Positions 1 through 9,796 of a DNA stretch of 64,000 bases are shown here, piece by piece. This DNA comes from a virus. Its lineage: Duplodnaviria > Caudoviricetes. The notes under the pieces were generated by a model. That model did not search any database and was not told the DNA's origin. It saw only the letters and a program-made list of their open reading frames with translations. A program made the position numbers and the translations under genes. Each line of letters begins with the position of its first letter. Position 1 is the stretch's first letter. The stretch spans positions 1 through 64,000 of IMG/VR virus record IMGVR_UViG_3300032030_002802, one strand, 5' to 3'.

Positions 1-249
1 CAAGATTGCGCGGAGGTCAATATAGTCCTCCACTTCGCCTTTGCCATAATCCGCGCCGACTTCCAGATACCCGTCATCCCACTTCTTTATCCGCGTATAC
101 TTCACAAGCCTCGGCGACGTCGCAAAGCGAATGACATCATTACCATATGAAAACAAACTATAATTCCCGGCACAGGAAAGCCTAGCCAAGCCAGTATTTG
201 CAGATACCTTACGCTCCGCGCGCGTGGGGTATGCAGCCGAATACCTCAT
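1..249 (-). CDS. Hypothetical protein, partial (runs off left edge)
   Basis: Hand-translated open frame MRYSAAYP...YTRIKKWDDGYLEV...EDYIDLRAIL; true start uncertain because it lies inside the 154-bp repeat. Confidence 0.55.
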   Translation of the reverse strand, partial: MRYSAAYPTRAERKVSANTGLARLSCAGNYSLFSYGNDVIRFATSPRLVKYTRIKKWDDGYLEVGADYGKGEVEDYIDLRAIL

Positions 250-364
250 TTTGCCGCGATTGCCGTTCTCTGTTCCTTGCCGGTGCATAGTGCGCCAAAC
301 AAATTGACTGATATTTTAACCTATCGGTTGCGCCGAATCAAGCGGGATTTAGTGGCTGTGTTAG
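211..364. repeat. 154-bp direct repeat, copy 1
   Basis: Matches 1604-1757 with 4 mismatches. Confidence 0.95.
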
Positions 365-621
365 TCGCCAGTTGTTAGAGGTTGAACCGTGGCGTCTTCA
401 TGATACGGGCGGAGTTCCGGAAAGAAGTCCATCCTAAGCGCATTCGCCAGCTTCGCCGCCGTGCGGAACGAGAAGTTCACGTCCTGGTGCAACACCTTCG
501 TGATGTACGGCCGCGACACCTCCATCCGACGCGCGAGCTCCGTCTGCGAGACGCCCAGCTCCTTCATCCGCCTGAGTATCCGCCGCAGGAACGCCGATCC
601 GATCTTGTCAATCGCTTTCAT
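361..621 (-). CDS. XRE-family HTH transcriptional regulator
   Basis: MKELGVSQTELARRMEVSRPYITKVL HTH signature. Confidence 0.85.
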   Translation of the reverse strand: MKAIDKIGSAFLRRILRRMKELGVSQTELARRMEVSRPYITKVLHQDVNFSFRTAAKLANALRMDFFPELRPYHEDATVQPLTTGD

Positions 622-827
622 ATTTTCCAGTCAAAACCCTCTACGCGCTACACGTTCTTGCCTTATGGCTCCTCACATTTGCTTTCGCTACTGGGAGTTT
701 TGGAACTTGTGAGGATTGGAGGATTTTTATGATTTTTCACCGAAACTCCTAGTCTCCTAATCTCCCAGCAGCAAAAGTAATGAGGGACATTCCAATCACC
801 TCTATCGTTTATACATGACTTAATGGG

Positions 828-1583
828 TTAGATGTGTTCTTCAACCCCACGGAAATGGACGTTGAGCTCGTGGAGCGGGGCGAGGAGCGTGCCCAGCGGC
901 GTGCCTTCGGTCATTTTCGCGAAGGCGTTGACGTCCTTTGGAAAGCACTTGCCGCCGTAGCCGAGCTTGCCATCTGGACCAGGCACATAGGTATGCATGT
1001 CGTTGATGTATCCCGAGAGCAATACGCCAGTGTGGACTTTCGCCCAGTCGCAGCCCATCTTTTCGACATACTCCTTCGCCGCGTTGAAGTACGTGACCTT
1101 GTAGGCACCGAACACGTTGTGGATGTACTTCGTAAGTTCGGCCTCAAGCGGACTCATCACCGTGAACTTCTTGCCGGGGAACACCTTGATCAGGAGATCG
1201 ACCGCACCGGTAAATACCATCGTCTGCTTTCTGAAATCCTCGATGTACGTACGTTCCGTAAGGAATTCCGGCATGTAGCAGACCATGTGCCCGGTTTCCC
1301 GCGAAAGCATCTCGCTCGTTCCCGGGAGAATCGTGGTGCGTACGAACACGGGCACCTCCGGAAGACCGCGGATAAGTTCCTTCATGAGCGTCAGATCCTG
1401 CGTACCGTCGTCCTCCGTAGGCACGTGGATCTGCAGGAAGGCGATGTCAATCTGCGAGAGGTCGTCGTTGTACCCCTTCGGCGGATCGCTCACAAAGATT
1501 TGCGCATCCTTGTTATTCTCTTCCAACCACGCCTTGAGGGCCCCGCCGACAAACCCGCATCCGATTATTCCGACTTTGATCAT
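828..1583 (-). CDS. UDP-glucose/GDP-mannose 6-dehydrogenase family protein (short form)
   Basis: GIIGCGFVG Rossmann motif, PEFL, KYIHN, catalytic GYGGKCFPKD. Confidence 0.85.
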   Translation of the reverse strand: MIKVGIIGCGFVGGALKAWLEENNKDAQIFVSDPPKGYNDDLSQIDIAFLQIHVPTEDDGTQDLTLMKELIRGLPEVPVFVRTTILPGTSEMLSRETGHMVCYMPEFLTERTYIEDFRKQTMVFTGAVDLLIKVFPGKKFTVMSPLEAELTKYIHNVFGAYKVTYFNAAKEYVEKMGCDWAKVHTGVLLSGYINDMHTYVPGPDGKLGYGGKCFPKDVNAFAKMTEGTPLGTLLAPLHELNVHFRGVEEHI

Positions 1584-1603
1584 TCTACTGCCCTTCTAAA
1601 ACA

Positions 1604-1757
1604 ACGCTCCGCGCCCGTGGGGTATGCAGCCGAATGCCCCATTTTGTCGCGATTGCCGTTCTCTGTTCCTTGCCGGTGCATAGTGCGCCAAACAAATTGA
1701 CTGATATTTTAACCTATCGGTTGCGCCGAATCAAGCGGGATTTAGTGGCTGTGTTAG
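1604..1757. repeat. 154-bp direct repeat, copy 2
   Basis: Matches 211-364. Confidence 0.95.
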
Positions 1758-1837
1758 CCGCTAGCGGTGAGCGGTTGAGCCGCAGTCTCTTCAGGATACG
1801 GACGGAGTTCCGAACGACTTGACCATCTGCTCTAGCG

Positions 1838-2833
1838 TCAGCCACACAGTCTCGCCATCGGTCTTGACGGCAGGTTCGTTGCCGTCCGACGACTTGTAAG
1901 CCAATCAAGCAGCTTCGCCGGAACATCGGCAATCATCGGGAAGTATCCATTGTCCGTCCTGACACGGTCACGGACAGACCGGTCAAAGCGCTGCCCATCG
2001 TGGAAAGCTCTCACCTTTATCGGATCATAGAACTCTTCTTCGTTGTGTATCTTCGCGAGAGAAGAAAAGTCATAGCTGCGCGGACGCCCCGAAATCGGCG
2101 TCTTGAATCCGAGCCCGCACTTTGCCGCGCAGCGTTTCATCCAGTCAAGGGTGACATCCGAAAGTTCGCACTCGTTCCCCGGATACCCTCCGCCAACATC
2201 CTTGTGAACCCCGGAGAACCACCTCTGGACAATCCTCTCGGCCCTATCATACTGCATGGCGCTGTACCATTCGCGCCTTTCATCGGTCGCCATCGCATGA
2301 TATATCCATTTGACATTCGGCGCCCGCTCGCTGTCATGATAGCCCTTGTACTTGTCATGCGGAGACGTCACCGCATCCCAAAGACCGAGCATGACGATCC
2401 TCGGTGACGCGACGATGCCATCTTTCTTCAGGCGCTCGATTGCGTAGGCGTCTTTGTCGGCATAGGCCTTCGCGATCTGGACCGCCGAAGAGAATCTGCG
2501 CGGGATGCCGACTTCCGATAGAAGCCAGCTCAGCGTGTGCGCAAGATACCCGCCACGGCTGAATCCAAAGAGATAGACACTGATGTCCTCGCCGTCCGGC
2601 GCGTTCAGCATCTTCTTCGTCAACCATCTGTAGGCGAGCCCGAGCGGACGGTCAAAGTCCGCCGCGAACATCCCGCTTGCCAATTCGTCGCCCTTGACGG
2701 TTCCGATTCCCTCGACATACACCGCCTGCGTGTCCGCACCGGCAGAACAGTCTATATCCTGCTTCAGCTTCCAGACGTTCGTTCGCGTGGAAGCCTCGTT
2801 CCATGTCCCGTCTATGCACACGACGAGTTTCAT
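1838..2833 (-). CDS. DUF2235 / Tle1-like alpha/beta hydrolase (phospholipase effector-like)
   Basis: VCIDGTWN, GFSRG nucleophile motif, GLWDAV, HAMATDE, WFSGVHKDVGGG; start refined to ATG 2833. Confidence 0.85.
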   Translation of the reverse strand: MKLVVCIDGTWNEASTRTNVWKLKQDIDCSAGADTQAVYVEGIGTVKGDELASGMFAADFDRPLGLAYRWLTKKMLNAPDGEDISVYLFGFSRGGYLAHTLSWLLSEVGIPRRFSSAVQIAKAYADKDAYAIERLKKDGIVASPRIVMLGLWDAVTSPHDKYKGYHDSERAPNVKWIYHAMATDERREWYSAMQYDRAERIVQRWFSGVHKDVGGGYPGNECELSDVTLDWMKRCAAKCGLGFKTPISGRPRSYDFSSLAKIHNEEEFYDPIKVRAFHDGQRFDRSVRDRVRTDNGYFPMIADVPAKLLDWLTSRRTATNLPSRPMARLCG

Positions 2834-3177
2834 TCGACAGCCTCCAACCAGTATGTGTACTCGACTGGCTTGGCGATCCCCAATGAACCCCAGGTCGCCA
2901 GAAGCTCCCACCACTCCTGGGAGACGATTAGCCGTTGCACGGCCCTTTCATCCACGCTCCCGTCTCCACGCTGCAAGGTGCCGTCAAGCAAAGTCTGCGC
3001 ACTGTCGCCCCAGTCCCACCAGTAGGCGCTTGCGACATCGCAGAAGTTCGTTTTGGAGTTTTCATCGCAGTCAGCAGCGCTTGAAACATCGAACCATACG
3101 CAACCAGATGGTAGCCAGCCTGACATCGCGATCAGAAGAACAAGCACAAAAGGGCAATGCCACACGCCCTTGATCAT
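2830..3177 (-). CDS. Small putative lipoprotein
   Basis: Hydrophobic N-terminus ending LPSGC; ATGA overlap with the hydrolase. Confidence 0.5.
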   Translation of the reverse strand: MIKGVWHCPFVLVLLIAMSGWLPSGCVWFDVSSAADCDENSKTNFCDVASAYWWDWGDSAQTLLDGTLQRGDGSVDERAVQRLIVSQEWWELLATWGSLGIAKPVEYTYWLEAVE

Positions 3178-3201
3178 TGCAACTTCTTTCCCAAGCTTGA
3201 T

Positions 3202-4149
3202 TTACACGCGAAGAGTACCATTCCCAAGCGAACGGCGGTAGTCATCGACCGTCATGGCAAGCCCCTTCTCAAGGCTGATGGCGGGCTTCCACCCAAGCGA
3301 CCGTATGAGCGTGGTGTCGCAGAGCTTGCGCGGCGTACCGTCCGGCTTCGTGGCGTCCCAGTCGATCGCCGCCGGACACCCAGTCGCCGCCTTCACCTTC
3401 TCCGCTAGCGTGCGGATGGACACCTCTTCGCCCGATCCCACGTTCACGAGATCCGGCGGGTTCTCCAGCTCCAGCATGAACACGCACGCCGCCGCAAGGT
3501 CGTCAACGTGCAGGAACTCGCGGAGCGGCGTCCCCGTGCCCCACAGCGGCACCGTGGCGTCGCCGTTGACGCGAGCCGTCTCGAACTTGCGGATCATGGT
3601 GGGCAGCACGTGTCCGCCCACGACGTCGTAGTTGTCGCCGGGACCGTAGAGGTTGGTGGGCATCAGCGAATGGTAGAGAACTCCACAGTCGCGCCGCAGG
3701 AACTCGCAGAGCTTGAGTCCGGATATCTTCGCGAGCGCGTAGCCCTCGTTCGTCTTCTCCAGCTCGCTCGTGAGGAGCGCGCTCTCGGGAATCGGCTGCG
3801 GAGCCATGCGTGGGTAGATACAGGTGGATCCGAGGAACAGCAGACGCTTCACGCCTGCCTTGTACGCGCCCCAAACCGTGTTGAGCGCGATCATCTCGTT
3901 CTCGTAGAGGAAGAGCGCGTTCGCCGCCGAATTCGCGCCGATGCCGCCCACGCGCGCTGCTGCGATCACCGCCACGTCCGGCTTCTCCGCCGCGTAGAAC
4001 GCGGCGACGGCGGCAGGGTCGAGCAGGTCCAGTTCCTTGTGCGTGCGCGTGACAACGTTTGCGTAGCCCTTCTTGGCGAGCGCGCGGCACACGGCGCTCC
4101 CCACCATGCCACGGTGTCCGGCAACGTAGATTCGGTCTGTCTTGTTCAT
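3202..4149 (-). CDS. fcl: GDP-L-fucose synthase
   Basis: [53 protein letters not shown]; start MNKTD. Confidence 0.95.
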   Translation of the reverse strand: MNKTDRIYVAGHRGMVGSAVCRALAKKGYANVVTRTHKELDLLDPAAVAAFYAAEKPDVAVIAAARVGGIGANSAANALFLYENEMIALNTVWGAYKAGVKRLLFLGSTCIYPRMAPQPIPESALLTSELEKTNEGYALAKISGLKLCEFLRRDCGVLYHSLMPTNLYGPGDNYDVVGGHVLPTMIRKFETARVNGDATVPLWGTGTPLREFLHVDDLAAACVFMLELENPPDLVNVGSGEEVSIRTLAEKVKAATGCPAAIDWDATKPDGTPRKLCDTTLIRSLGWKPAISLEKGLAMTVDDYRRSLGNGTLRV

Positions 4150-5147
4150 TTCAGCTTCAACTCCTTCTCGGCCAGCTTGAGATCGGCGTCCATCATCATC
4201 TTCACGAGGCCCTTGAACGTGACCTTCGGTTCCCAGCCGAGGACGCGCTTCGCCTTCGAGGGATCGCCCAAAAGCTGCTCCACCTCGCTCGGACGCTCGT
4301 AGCGGCTGTCGTGGCGAGTGTACTTCTCCCAGTCGAGCCCCACGTACCCGAACGCCTCGGCCAGAAACTCCTTCACGGAGTGCATCTCGCCGGTCGCGAG
4401 CACGTAGTCGTCGGGGTTGTCCTGCTGCAGCATCCGCCACATGCCCTCCACGTAGTCGCCCGCGAAGCCCCAGTCGCGCAGGGCGTTCACGTTGCCCATG
4501 AAGAGCTCCGACTGGAGGCCCAGCTTGATGCGGCTCGCCGCGCGCGTGATCTTGCGCGTCACGAACGTCTCGCCGCGCCGTGGCGACTCGTGGTTGAACA
4601 GTATGCCGTTGGAGGCGTGCATTCCGTACGCCTCGCGGTAGTTCTTGACGGCCCAGTACGAATAGAGCTTCGCCACGCCGTACGGGGAACGCGGGTAGAA
4701 CGGCGTCGTCTCCTTCTGCGGCACCTCCTGCACCTTGCCGTACAGCTCGCTCGTCGAGGCCTGGTAGAAGCGCGTCTTCACGCCAGTGAGGCGTATTGCC
4801 TCCAGCATCCGCATCGTGCCGAGCGCGTCCACGTCGCCCGTGAACTCGGGCGAGTCGAACGACACGCGCACGTGGCTCTGCGCCGCGAGGTTGTACACCT
4901 CGTCGGGATTGATCTCGTGTACGATTCTCATGAGACACGAACTGTCGCAAAGATCGCCGTAGTGCAAAAAGAGATTGACCCCATTCACGTGCGGATCCTC
5001 GTAGAGGTGGTCGATGCGCGACGTGTTGAACGTGCTCGACCTGCGGATGATGCCATGGACTTCATACCCCTTCTCAAGGAGCAGTTCGGTCAGGTACGAC
5101 CCGTCTTGTCCGGTGATGCCGGTAATGACAGCACGCTTCCTCATCAT
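4146..5147 (-). CDS. gmd: GDP-mannose 4,6-dehydratase
   Basis: [47 protein letters not shown]. Confidence 0.97.
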   Translation of the reverse strand: MMRKRAVITGITGQDGSYLTELLLEKGYEVHGIIRRSSTFNTSRIDHLYEDPHVNGVNLFLHYGDLCDSSCLMRIVHEINPDEVYNLAAQSHVRVSFDSPEFTGDVDALGTMRMLEAIRLTGVKTRFYQASTSELYGKVQEVPQKETTPFYPRSPYGVAKLYSYWAVKNYREAYGMHASNGILFNHESPRRGETFVTRKITRAASRIKLGLQSELFMGNVNALRDWGFAGDYVEGMWRMLQQDNPDDYVLATGEMHSVKEFLAEAFGYVGLDWEKYTRHDSRYERPSEVEQLLGDPSKAKRVLGWEPKVTFKGLVKMMMDADLKLAEKELKLK

Positions 5148-5707
5148 GCAGTCTCCTCCCACGGCTCGATGTCCGCGAGCACCGGGTGGCTCAGGTCCTT
5201 CTCCGACAGCGTCACAGCGCCTATGTCGACCGGCCACTTGATACCGAGGGCGGGATCGTCGAACCTGAGCCCGCGTTCGGACTCGCGGCAGTACACGTTG
5301 TCGCACTTGTAGCTGAACAGCGTGTTGTCCTCCAGCACGACGAACCCGTGTGCAAGCCCGCGAGGCACGAACATCTGCTTGCGGTTCGTGCCGGTCAGCA
5401 GCACGGCCACGTGCCTGCCGAACGTGGGCGATCCCTTTCGCACGTCCACGACGACGTCCCACACGGCCCCGTGCACGACGCGAACGAGCTTCGCCTGCGT
5501 GTGCGGCGCAGCCTGCCAGTGCAGGCCGCGCACGACGCCCTTGGACGACCTGCTCTCGTTGTCCTGGACGAACACGGCGTCAATGCCTGCATCGGCATAA
5601 CGCTGCGCATTGTAGGTCTCGGCGAAGTAGCCGCGTCCGTCCACATGGACGTCCGGCTCGATCACCTTCAGACCAGATATTCCCATCGGCGCTTCTATTA
5701 CTCTCAT
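5144..5707 (-). CDS. rmlC: dTDP-4-dehydrorhamnose 3,5-epimerase
   Basis: [37 protein letters not shown]. Confidence 0.95.
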   Translation of the reverse strand: MRVIEAPMGISGLKVIEPDVHVDGRGYFAETYNAQRYADAGIDAVFVQDNESRSSKGVVRGLHWQAAPHTQAKLVRVVHGAVWDVVVDVRKGSPTFGRHVAVLLTGTNRKQMFVPRGLAHGFVVLEDNTLFSYKCDNVYCRESERGLRFDDPALGIKWPVDIGAVTLSEKDLSHPVLADIEPWEETA

Positions 5708-5735
5708 GACTGCCTACTTCTCTCCGTGTGGCCGT

Positions 5736-5744
5736 AGTATACCA
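5736..5744 (-). promoter_or_regulatory. Extended -10-like element upstream of rmlC-gmd-fcl
   Basis: Minus strand TGGTATACT; similar elements near 28990, 44195, 50595 (-) and 18665 (+). Confidence 0.4.
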
Positions 5745-5773
5745 CAACTTCTTGCGCCGTGTCTACAGCAAAA

Positions 5774-5989
5774 TTAAACCACATTGCGACCGGTGACCAT
5801 CCTGCCTATGGCGAACGCCGCCGCACAGCACACGGCCGCCAACAACGCGATGGGCCAGAAGACGACACACATGACGAGCATCCGCCGCGCCCAGAGCACG
5901 TAGTTGTCCAGCACGGCCAGGCACAAGATCATGCCGACGGCCACGCCGCCGAGATACATGCCCAGGCAGAACAACACCCAGCCGCTCAT
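5774..5989 (-). CDS. Small membrane protein
   Basis: MSGWVLFCLG..., hydrophobic, WP motif. Confidence 0.55.
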   Translation of the reverse strand: MSGWVLFCLGMYLGGVAVGMILCLAVLDNYVLWARRMLVMCVVFWPIALLAAVCCAAAFAIGRMVTGRNVV

Positions 5990-6216
5990 CGCTCCCCCTG
6001 CGCAGGCATGAGCCCGTGCTCGCGGCCGTAGTCGCGCCAGTTGCCCTCGTTGAGGTATATGCCCCGCTCGTAGGCGTGGTCGTACACCTTGTTGAACAGG
6101 GCGCGGCACCTGGGGCACCGCTTCGACGCGTTGGAGCCGACGTAAGTCGCCCCGCACCCGCACGTCTTCTCACGCGGCGGGTTCCTCCGGCGGTCAGCCA
6201 TTTCTCCTCCAGCCAT
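5986..6216 (-). CDS. Small Zn-finger-like protein
   Basis: CGCG...CPRC; coupled ORF. Confidence 0.55.
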   Translation of the reverse strand: MAGGEMADRRRNPPREKTCGCGATYVGSNASKRCPRCRALFNKVYDHAYERGIYLNEGNWRDYGREHGLMPAQGER

Positions 6217-6436
6217 TGCTCTTCCTCCACTCGTCTAACCTGCGGCACGGCAGCTGGCCGGTGCCGGAGCCTCCCGGCCCTGTGATGCACATGTACGGCG
6301 TAAACAGCCGCTTGACCGCGGCCCAGAGGCCGCTGCCCCTGGGGCGCACGAGCGCGCAGTCGCAGTCGCACCCGGTCGCGTCCGGGTTCTCCGCGAACGG
6401 GCACCTGCCGGTCCCATCTGGCGACGTGCCGCTCAT
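6194..6436 (-). CDS. Small Cys-rich hypothetical protein
   Basis: Coupled ORF. Confidence 0.5.
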   Translation of the reverse strand: MSGTSPDGTGRCPFAENPDATGCDCDCALVRPRGSGLWAAVKRLFTPYMCITGPGGSGTGQLPCRRLDEWRKSNGWRRNG

Positions 6437-6657
6437 TTACGCTCCCTCCCGCCGTCGCAGCCGCTGAAACCCCAGAACAGCCGGTCGCACAGCCAGCAGA
6501 ACGCCAGCACGGCGAGCGACAGCGGCCACAGCGCGCAGAACAGCAGGTCAAGCGCGAAGTCGGCCGCGTTGGCATACGGACCGCCGGTGATGCGGCTGTA
6601 CGCCAGAAGGGCGGCCGCGACAAGCGCGTACGCCCCGATCGATATGAGTGTCACCAT
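6433..6657 (-). CDS. Small membrane protein
   Basis: Two hydrophobic segments, ALWP motif. Confidence 0.55.
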   Translation of the reverse strand: MVTLISIGAYALVAAALLAYSRITGGPYANAADFALDLLFCALWPLSLAVLAFCWLCDRLFWGFSGCDGGRERK

Positions 6658-6836
6658 GTTTTCCTCCAGTTTCCGTAAAAGGCCTTCGCCTCGGCCTTGG
6701 TGCCGGTCATCTGCACCTCGCCGTCACGGGACACGCCGTACACGTGCGCCCCGCCCTCGTCCTCGTACACCGACAGGGCCACCTTGGCCCCGTCGTCAAT
6801 GCGCTCGTGGAGCGTCTTAACCAGTTTAAGCATCAA
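6651..6836 (-). CDS. Hypothetical protein
   Basis: AGGAG RBS, 61 aa. Confidence 0.6.
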   Translation of the reverse strand: MMLKLVKTLHERIDDGAKVALSVYEDEGGAHVYGVSRDGEVQMTGTKAEAKAFYGNWRKTW

Positions 6837-6848
6837 CTCTCCTTGCCT

Positions 6849-8333
6849 CTATAAGATATCGCGCAAAAAACTCCTAGGCTTACGCCGTAGTGTACGAGTT
6901 GCGTCCATAAATGTGCTGTACTTATCACGAAGTGCAGTGGCATCAACGTCTACCCACCCAGCAGGATCTACTATCCGGTAAAACGACGGCTTGGTCGGAT
7001 GGGTACCCCACGGAGTAGAATCAAACACAGCGTAATGCTCCCACGGCATTCCCCGCATCTCATGGCCGGGAAGAACCACTTGATACGCCGTACTTGGCCT
7101 CCCACCCCTGCCAAGAGACATTCGCAACAGTCGGTTGTTAACCTCAGGTACATGATCCGTGAAAAACGACTTGCCTGTCCTGAACGACTTACTGTGCACT
7201 AAGTCAGATACCGAGAGACTCCCACCATTGCGAGTATACGTCAACGCCTCCCTGACATCAGGTGTTGCAAAGCCTGGGTCAGTGATAGGCCATGCACTCT
7301 GAAATACCCTATTGGTAAACTCATTCCCCCTAAAAATGTTACCTCTCGATTTTACGTACTCCGAAGTACGAGGTACCCCGTCTGTCCAGTTATTCAACGC
7401 ATACCGGACACTATCACGATACCGCTCTACCTCTGGGCGCACCATGTCACGGAAACTCCGTGCCACCTCTCTACCCCTGACACGCCCGTCTAACGCATCC
7501 GCAACCCTACTATTGACGGCTATAACGTCTGGCAGCAGAAATCGCTTCTTGCCTCCACCCCGCAGTGTTCTCCGCAGATGCAAGCCCTCTAGGTACTCCC
7601 TCAGCGGAACGCCTTTAGCCTTTGCCTGGCGGAATGCGCGCGCAAGGCTCATACCGAGACTCTTAGCTTGTTCGCCCACGGATAGTTTGCTGAAGCTCAC
7701 ACTAGGGTTGGCTAAACACGACTGCAACATGCGGCGAGTCACACGCGTGACCCTGCCGGACCTAATCAAATCTGCAAGCCGCCTCGCCGCTTTAGACCCA
7801 GCGCTCTTCTCAAGATCCGCGATACCGGCACCGGCTATTCTCTCGGCGTCCGCGCGCTTGCCGAGCCTGTCCGACACCTGCCTGGCCAGGTACTCGGCGA
7901 GCAGCTCCCTGTCGAGCTTCCTGGGATCCGTGTCCGGCCCGTAGCTGTCGGTGTACACCGTGTGGAACCCGCTCTTCCTGATCTCCCGCAGCAGCCTGCG
8001 CCGCTCGGACGAACGCCCGCTGAGCACGGTCATGTCGACGTGGTGCCCGAGCTCGTGACCGATGATCGTCCTCAGGAAGTCGCGGCCCGACCCCTTCAGC
8101 CCCCAGTGCCGCATTACCGCACGGTAGCGCGGGTTGATGCGCACCGTGCCGTCATCCTGCGTGTTGCCTCCGGACGAGTTGGGCGCCAGCACGTCCTTCG
8201 ACACCGGCCTCCCGTCGACGTACGTCGGCTGGCGACTCACGACGAGCCTGTCGCCTGACACGGGATATCCCATGCCGGCGTACGCCCTGCGCACCTCGTC
8301 GTAGATCTCGGGTACGTCGATGCGGGCTGACAT
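6849..8333 (-). CDS. Modular protein: N-terminal zincin-like (HELGH) domain plus possible ART-like C-terminus
   Basis: IIGHELGHH; KRA/KSA motifs; C-terminal IFRG..FATPD..ALTY; 3' part visibly lower GC. Confidence 0.55.
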   Translation of the reverse strand: MSARIDVPEIYDEVRRAYAGMGYPVSGDRLVVSRQPTYVDGRPVSKDVLAPNSSGGNTQDDGTVRINPRYRAVMRHWGLKGSGRDFLRTIIGHELGHHVDMTVLSGRSSERRRLLREIRKSGFHTVYTDSYGPDTDPRKLDRELLAEYLARQVSDRLGKRADAERIAGAGIADLEKSAGSKAARRLADLIRSGRVTRVTRRMLQSCLANPSVSFSKLSVGEQAKSLGMSLARAFRQAKAKGVPLREYLEGLHLRRTLRGGGKKRFLLPDVIAVNSRVADALDGRVRGREVARSFRDMVRPEVERYRDSVRYALNNWTDGVPRTSEYVKSRGNIFRGNEFTNRVFQSAWPITDPGFATPDVREALTYTRNGGSLSVSDLVHSKSFRTGKSFFTDHVPEVNNRLLRMSLGRGGRPSTAYQVVLPGHEMRGMPWEHYAVFDSTPWGTHPTKPSFYRIVDPAGWVDVDATALRDKYSTFMDATRTLRRKPRSFLRDIL

Positions 8334-8340
8334 GGCCACA

Positions 8341-8961
8341 TCACCCCATCGACGAGACCTTGAATGACCGGGTGTCGAAGACCTCCTTGACGAGGTCCGC
8401 CACAAGCATGGCCCTGCGGCCGTCCCTGTTCTGCAGGTCGTCGGCCGGGAACGAGATGCCGTACGTCGGGAACTCGAAGAAGTTCCACGGCGTGCCGGTC
8501 TGGTCCACGAGCTGCGTGTAGACTGGATCGATCGGGCCGCCCTTGAACATCGACCGGAACATGCGCACTAGCGCCTCGTCGGTCACGGTGTACGCCGGCG
8601 GGATGTTCCCCTCCTCGAGCTCGTCGCGGTACACCAGGAACAGCCTGACGCGGAGCTTGAGGTTGCCGAACTCGTGGACGCCGCGCAGGAAAAACCTGAA
8701 CGCCTCGGACCGCTCGTCGGCGGGCGTGTACACGAACACGGTGCCGGTCTCCTGGTCGAAGTCCGTGAGCGTGCCCGGTATGCACTTGAACAGCGCCTCG
8801 ACCTTCGCTGCCATCTCGACCACCGGGCTGGCGAGGCCGATGGCCGACACCGGCTTGTCCTTCTTGGTCGGCCTCTTGCCTGTGCTCTCGTAGAGCTTGA
8901 CCGTCTTGTCTGCCGTGACGGTCTTTGTCTTATTGGTTGTCTTCTTGGTTGTCTTCTTCAT
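8341..8961 (-). CDS. Hypothetical protein
   Basis: GGAGG RBS, Lys/Thr-rich N-terminus, GC3-rich codons. Confidence 0.7.
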   Translation of the reverse strand: MKKTTKKTTNKTKTVTADKTVKLYESTGKRPTKKDKPVSAIGLASPVVEMAAKVEALFKCIPGTLTDFDQETGTVFVYTPADERSEAFRFFLRGVHEFGNLKLRVRLFLVYRDELEEGNIPPAYTVTDEALVRMFRSMFKGGPIDPVYTQLVDQTGTPWNFFEFPTYGISFPADDLQNRDGRRAMLVADLVKEVFDTRSFKVSSMG

Positions 8962-9016
8962 GTCTGTTGCCTCCTTGTTGCGTATGCCCCGGAACGCCCG
9001 GGGCCTGAAACCGGGA

Positions 9017-9457
9017 TCAGCCGTACGGGTACGGATACCCCCTGCGGTCGTCGTCCTTCGACGAGAACGCCTTGTACCCGAGATACCCCAGCAACGGTAT
9101 TCCGATTGCCGCCGCGGCCGTGCCGATCGGGTGCTCGGCCGCGAAGCCCTTGACCTTGTCCCACGTGGACGGGGGCGGCGGTGGCGGGGCTGGCGGCGGC
9201 GCCGTCAGGGCCTTGTAGTCCTGGTAGCCGCGGAGGCCGCCGTACCCGGCCAGGCCGAGCAAGCCCACCTTCCCGAGCGTCCTGAAGAGCCCGGCAGACT
9301 TCATGAGGGCGCCGGGGTCGACCCCGGCCGCCTCGGCGGCCTTGCAGAACCCGGCGACGTAGGCCCGCATCTCGGGCGGAACCGCCTCCTCTGCCCTCTT
9401 CTCACCTCTCATCCCGGCTACGATGCCGCGGATTGCCTCTGCTGTCTTGGTATTCAT
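9017..9457 (-). CDS. Shared-leader family protein (putative virion)
   Basis: AIRGIVAGMRGEKRA, GFCKAAEAAGVDPGAL, poly-Pro. Confidence 0.7.
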   Translation of the reverse strand: MNTKTAEAIRGIVAGMRGEKRAEEAVPPEMRAYVAGFCKAAEAAGVDPGALMKSAGLFRTLGKVGLLGLAGYGGLRGYQDYKALTAPPPAPPPPPPSTWDKVKGFAAEHPIGTAAAAIGIPLLGYLGYKAFSSKDDDRRGYPYPYG

Positions 9458-9474
9458 TGTCTTTACCTCCGTTT

Positions 9475-9783
9475 TCAGCCTCTGTAATACGTCCCGCCGT
9501 ACGCGACCAGCGGCACGGCGGAGAGCGGGAGCAGCATCGTGCGCCCGCGCATGAACTCCTTCGCCGCGTCAAGCGCGCTGCGCGCCTGCGGGCTGTTCAC
9601 GGCGCCCTGCACGGCCTTGCCGGCCGTGCCGAGCGCGTTGCCGACCCGCTGGCTGCCCATCGCGCCCCGCACCGCGGCCCCGATGCGCGGGACGAGGCCC
9701 CTCGCACGCCGAAAAAGCGCGACCGGGTCCACGTTGAACGCCAGGGCGGTCTTCACGAAACCGTCTATGTACGCGTCGCTCAT
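9475..9783 (-). CDS. Shared-leader family protein (putative virion)
   Basis: YIDGFVKTALAFNVDPVAL. Confidence 0.7.
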   Translation of the reverse strand: MSDAYIDGFVKTALAFNVDPVALFRRARGLVPRIGAAVRGAMGSQRVGNALGTAGKAVQGAVNSPQARSALDAAKEFMRGRTMLLPLSAVPLVAYGGTYYRG

Positions 9784-9796
9784 GCCGGCACCTCCG

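Noticed and set aside
211-1757. 154-bp repeat as integron attC
   Set aside because: The CTAAC start is suggestive, but there is no convincing GTTRRRY end, internal symmetry or integrase.
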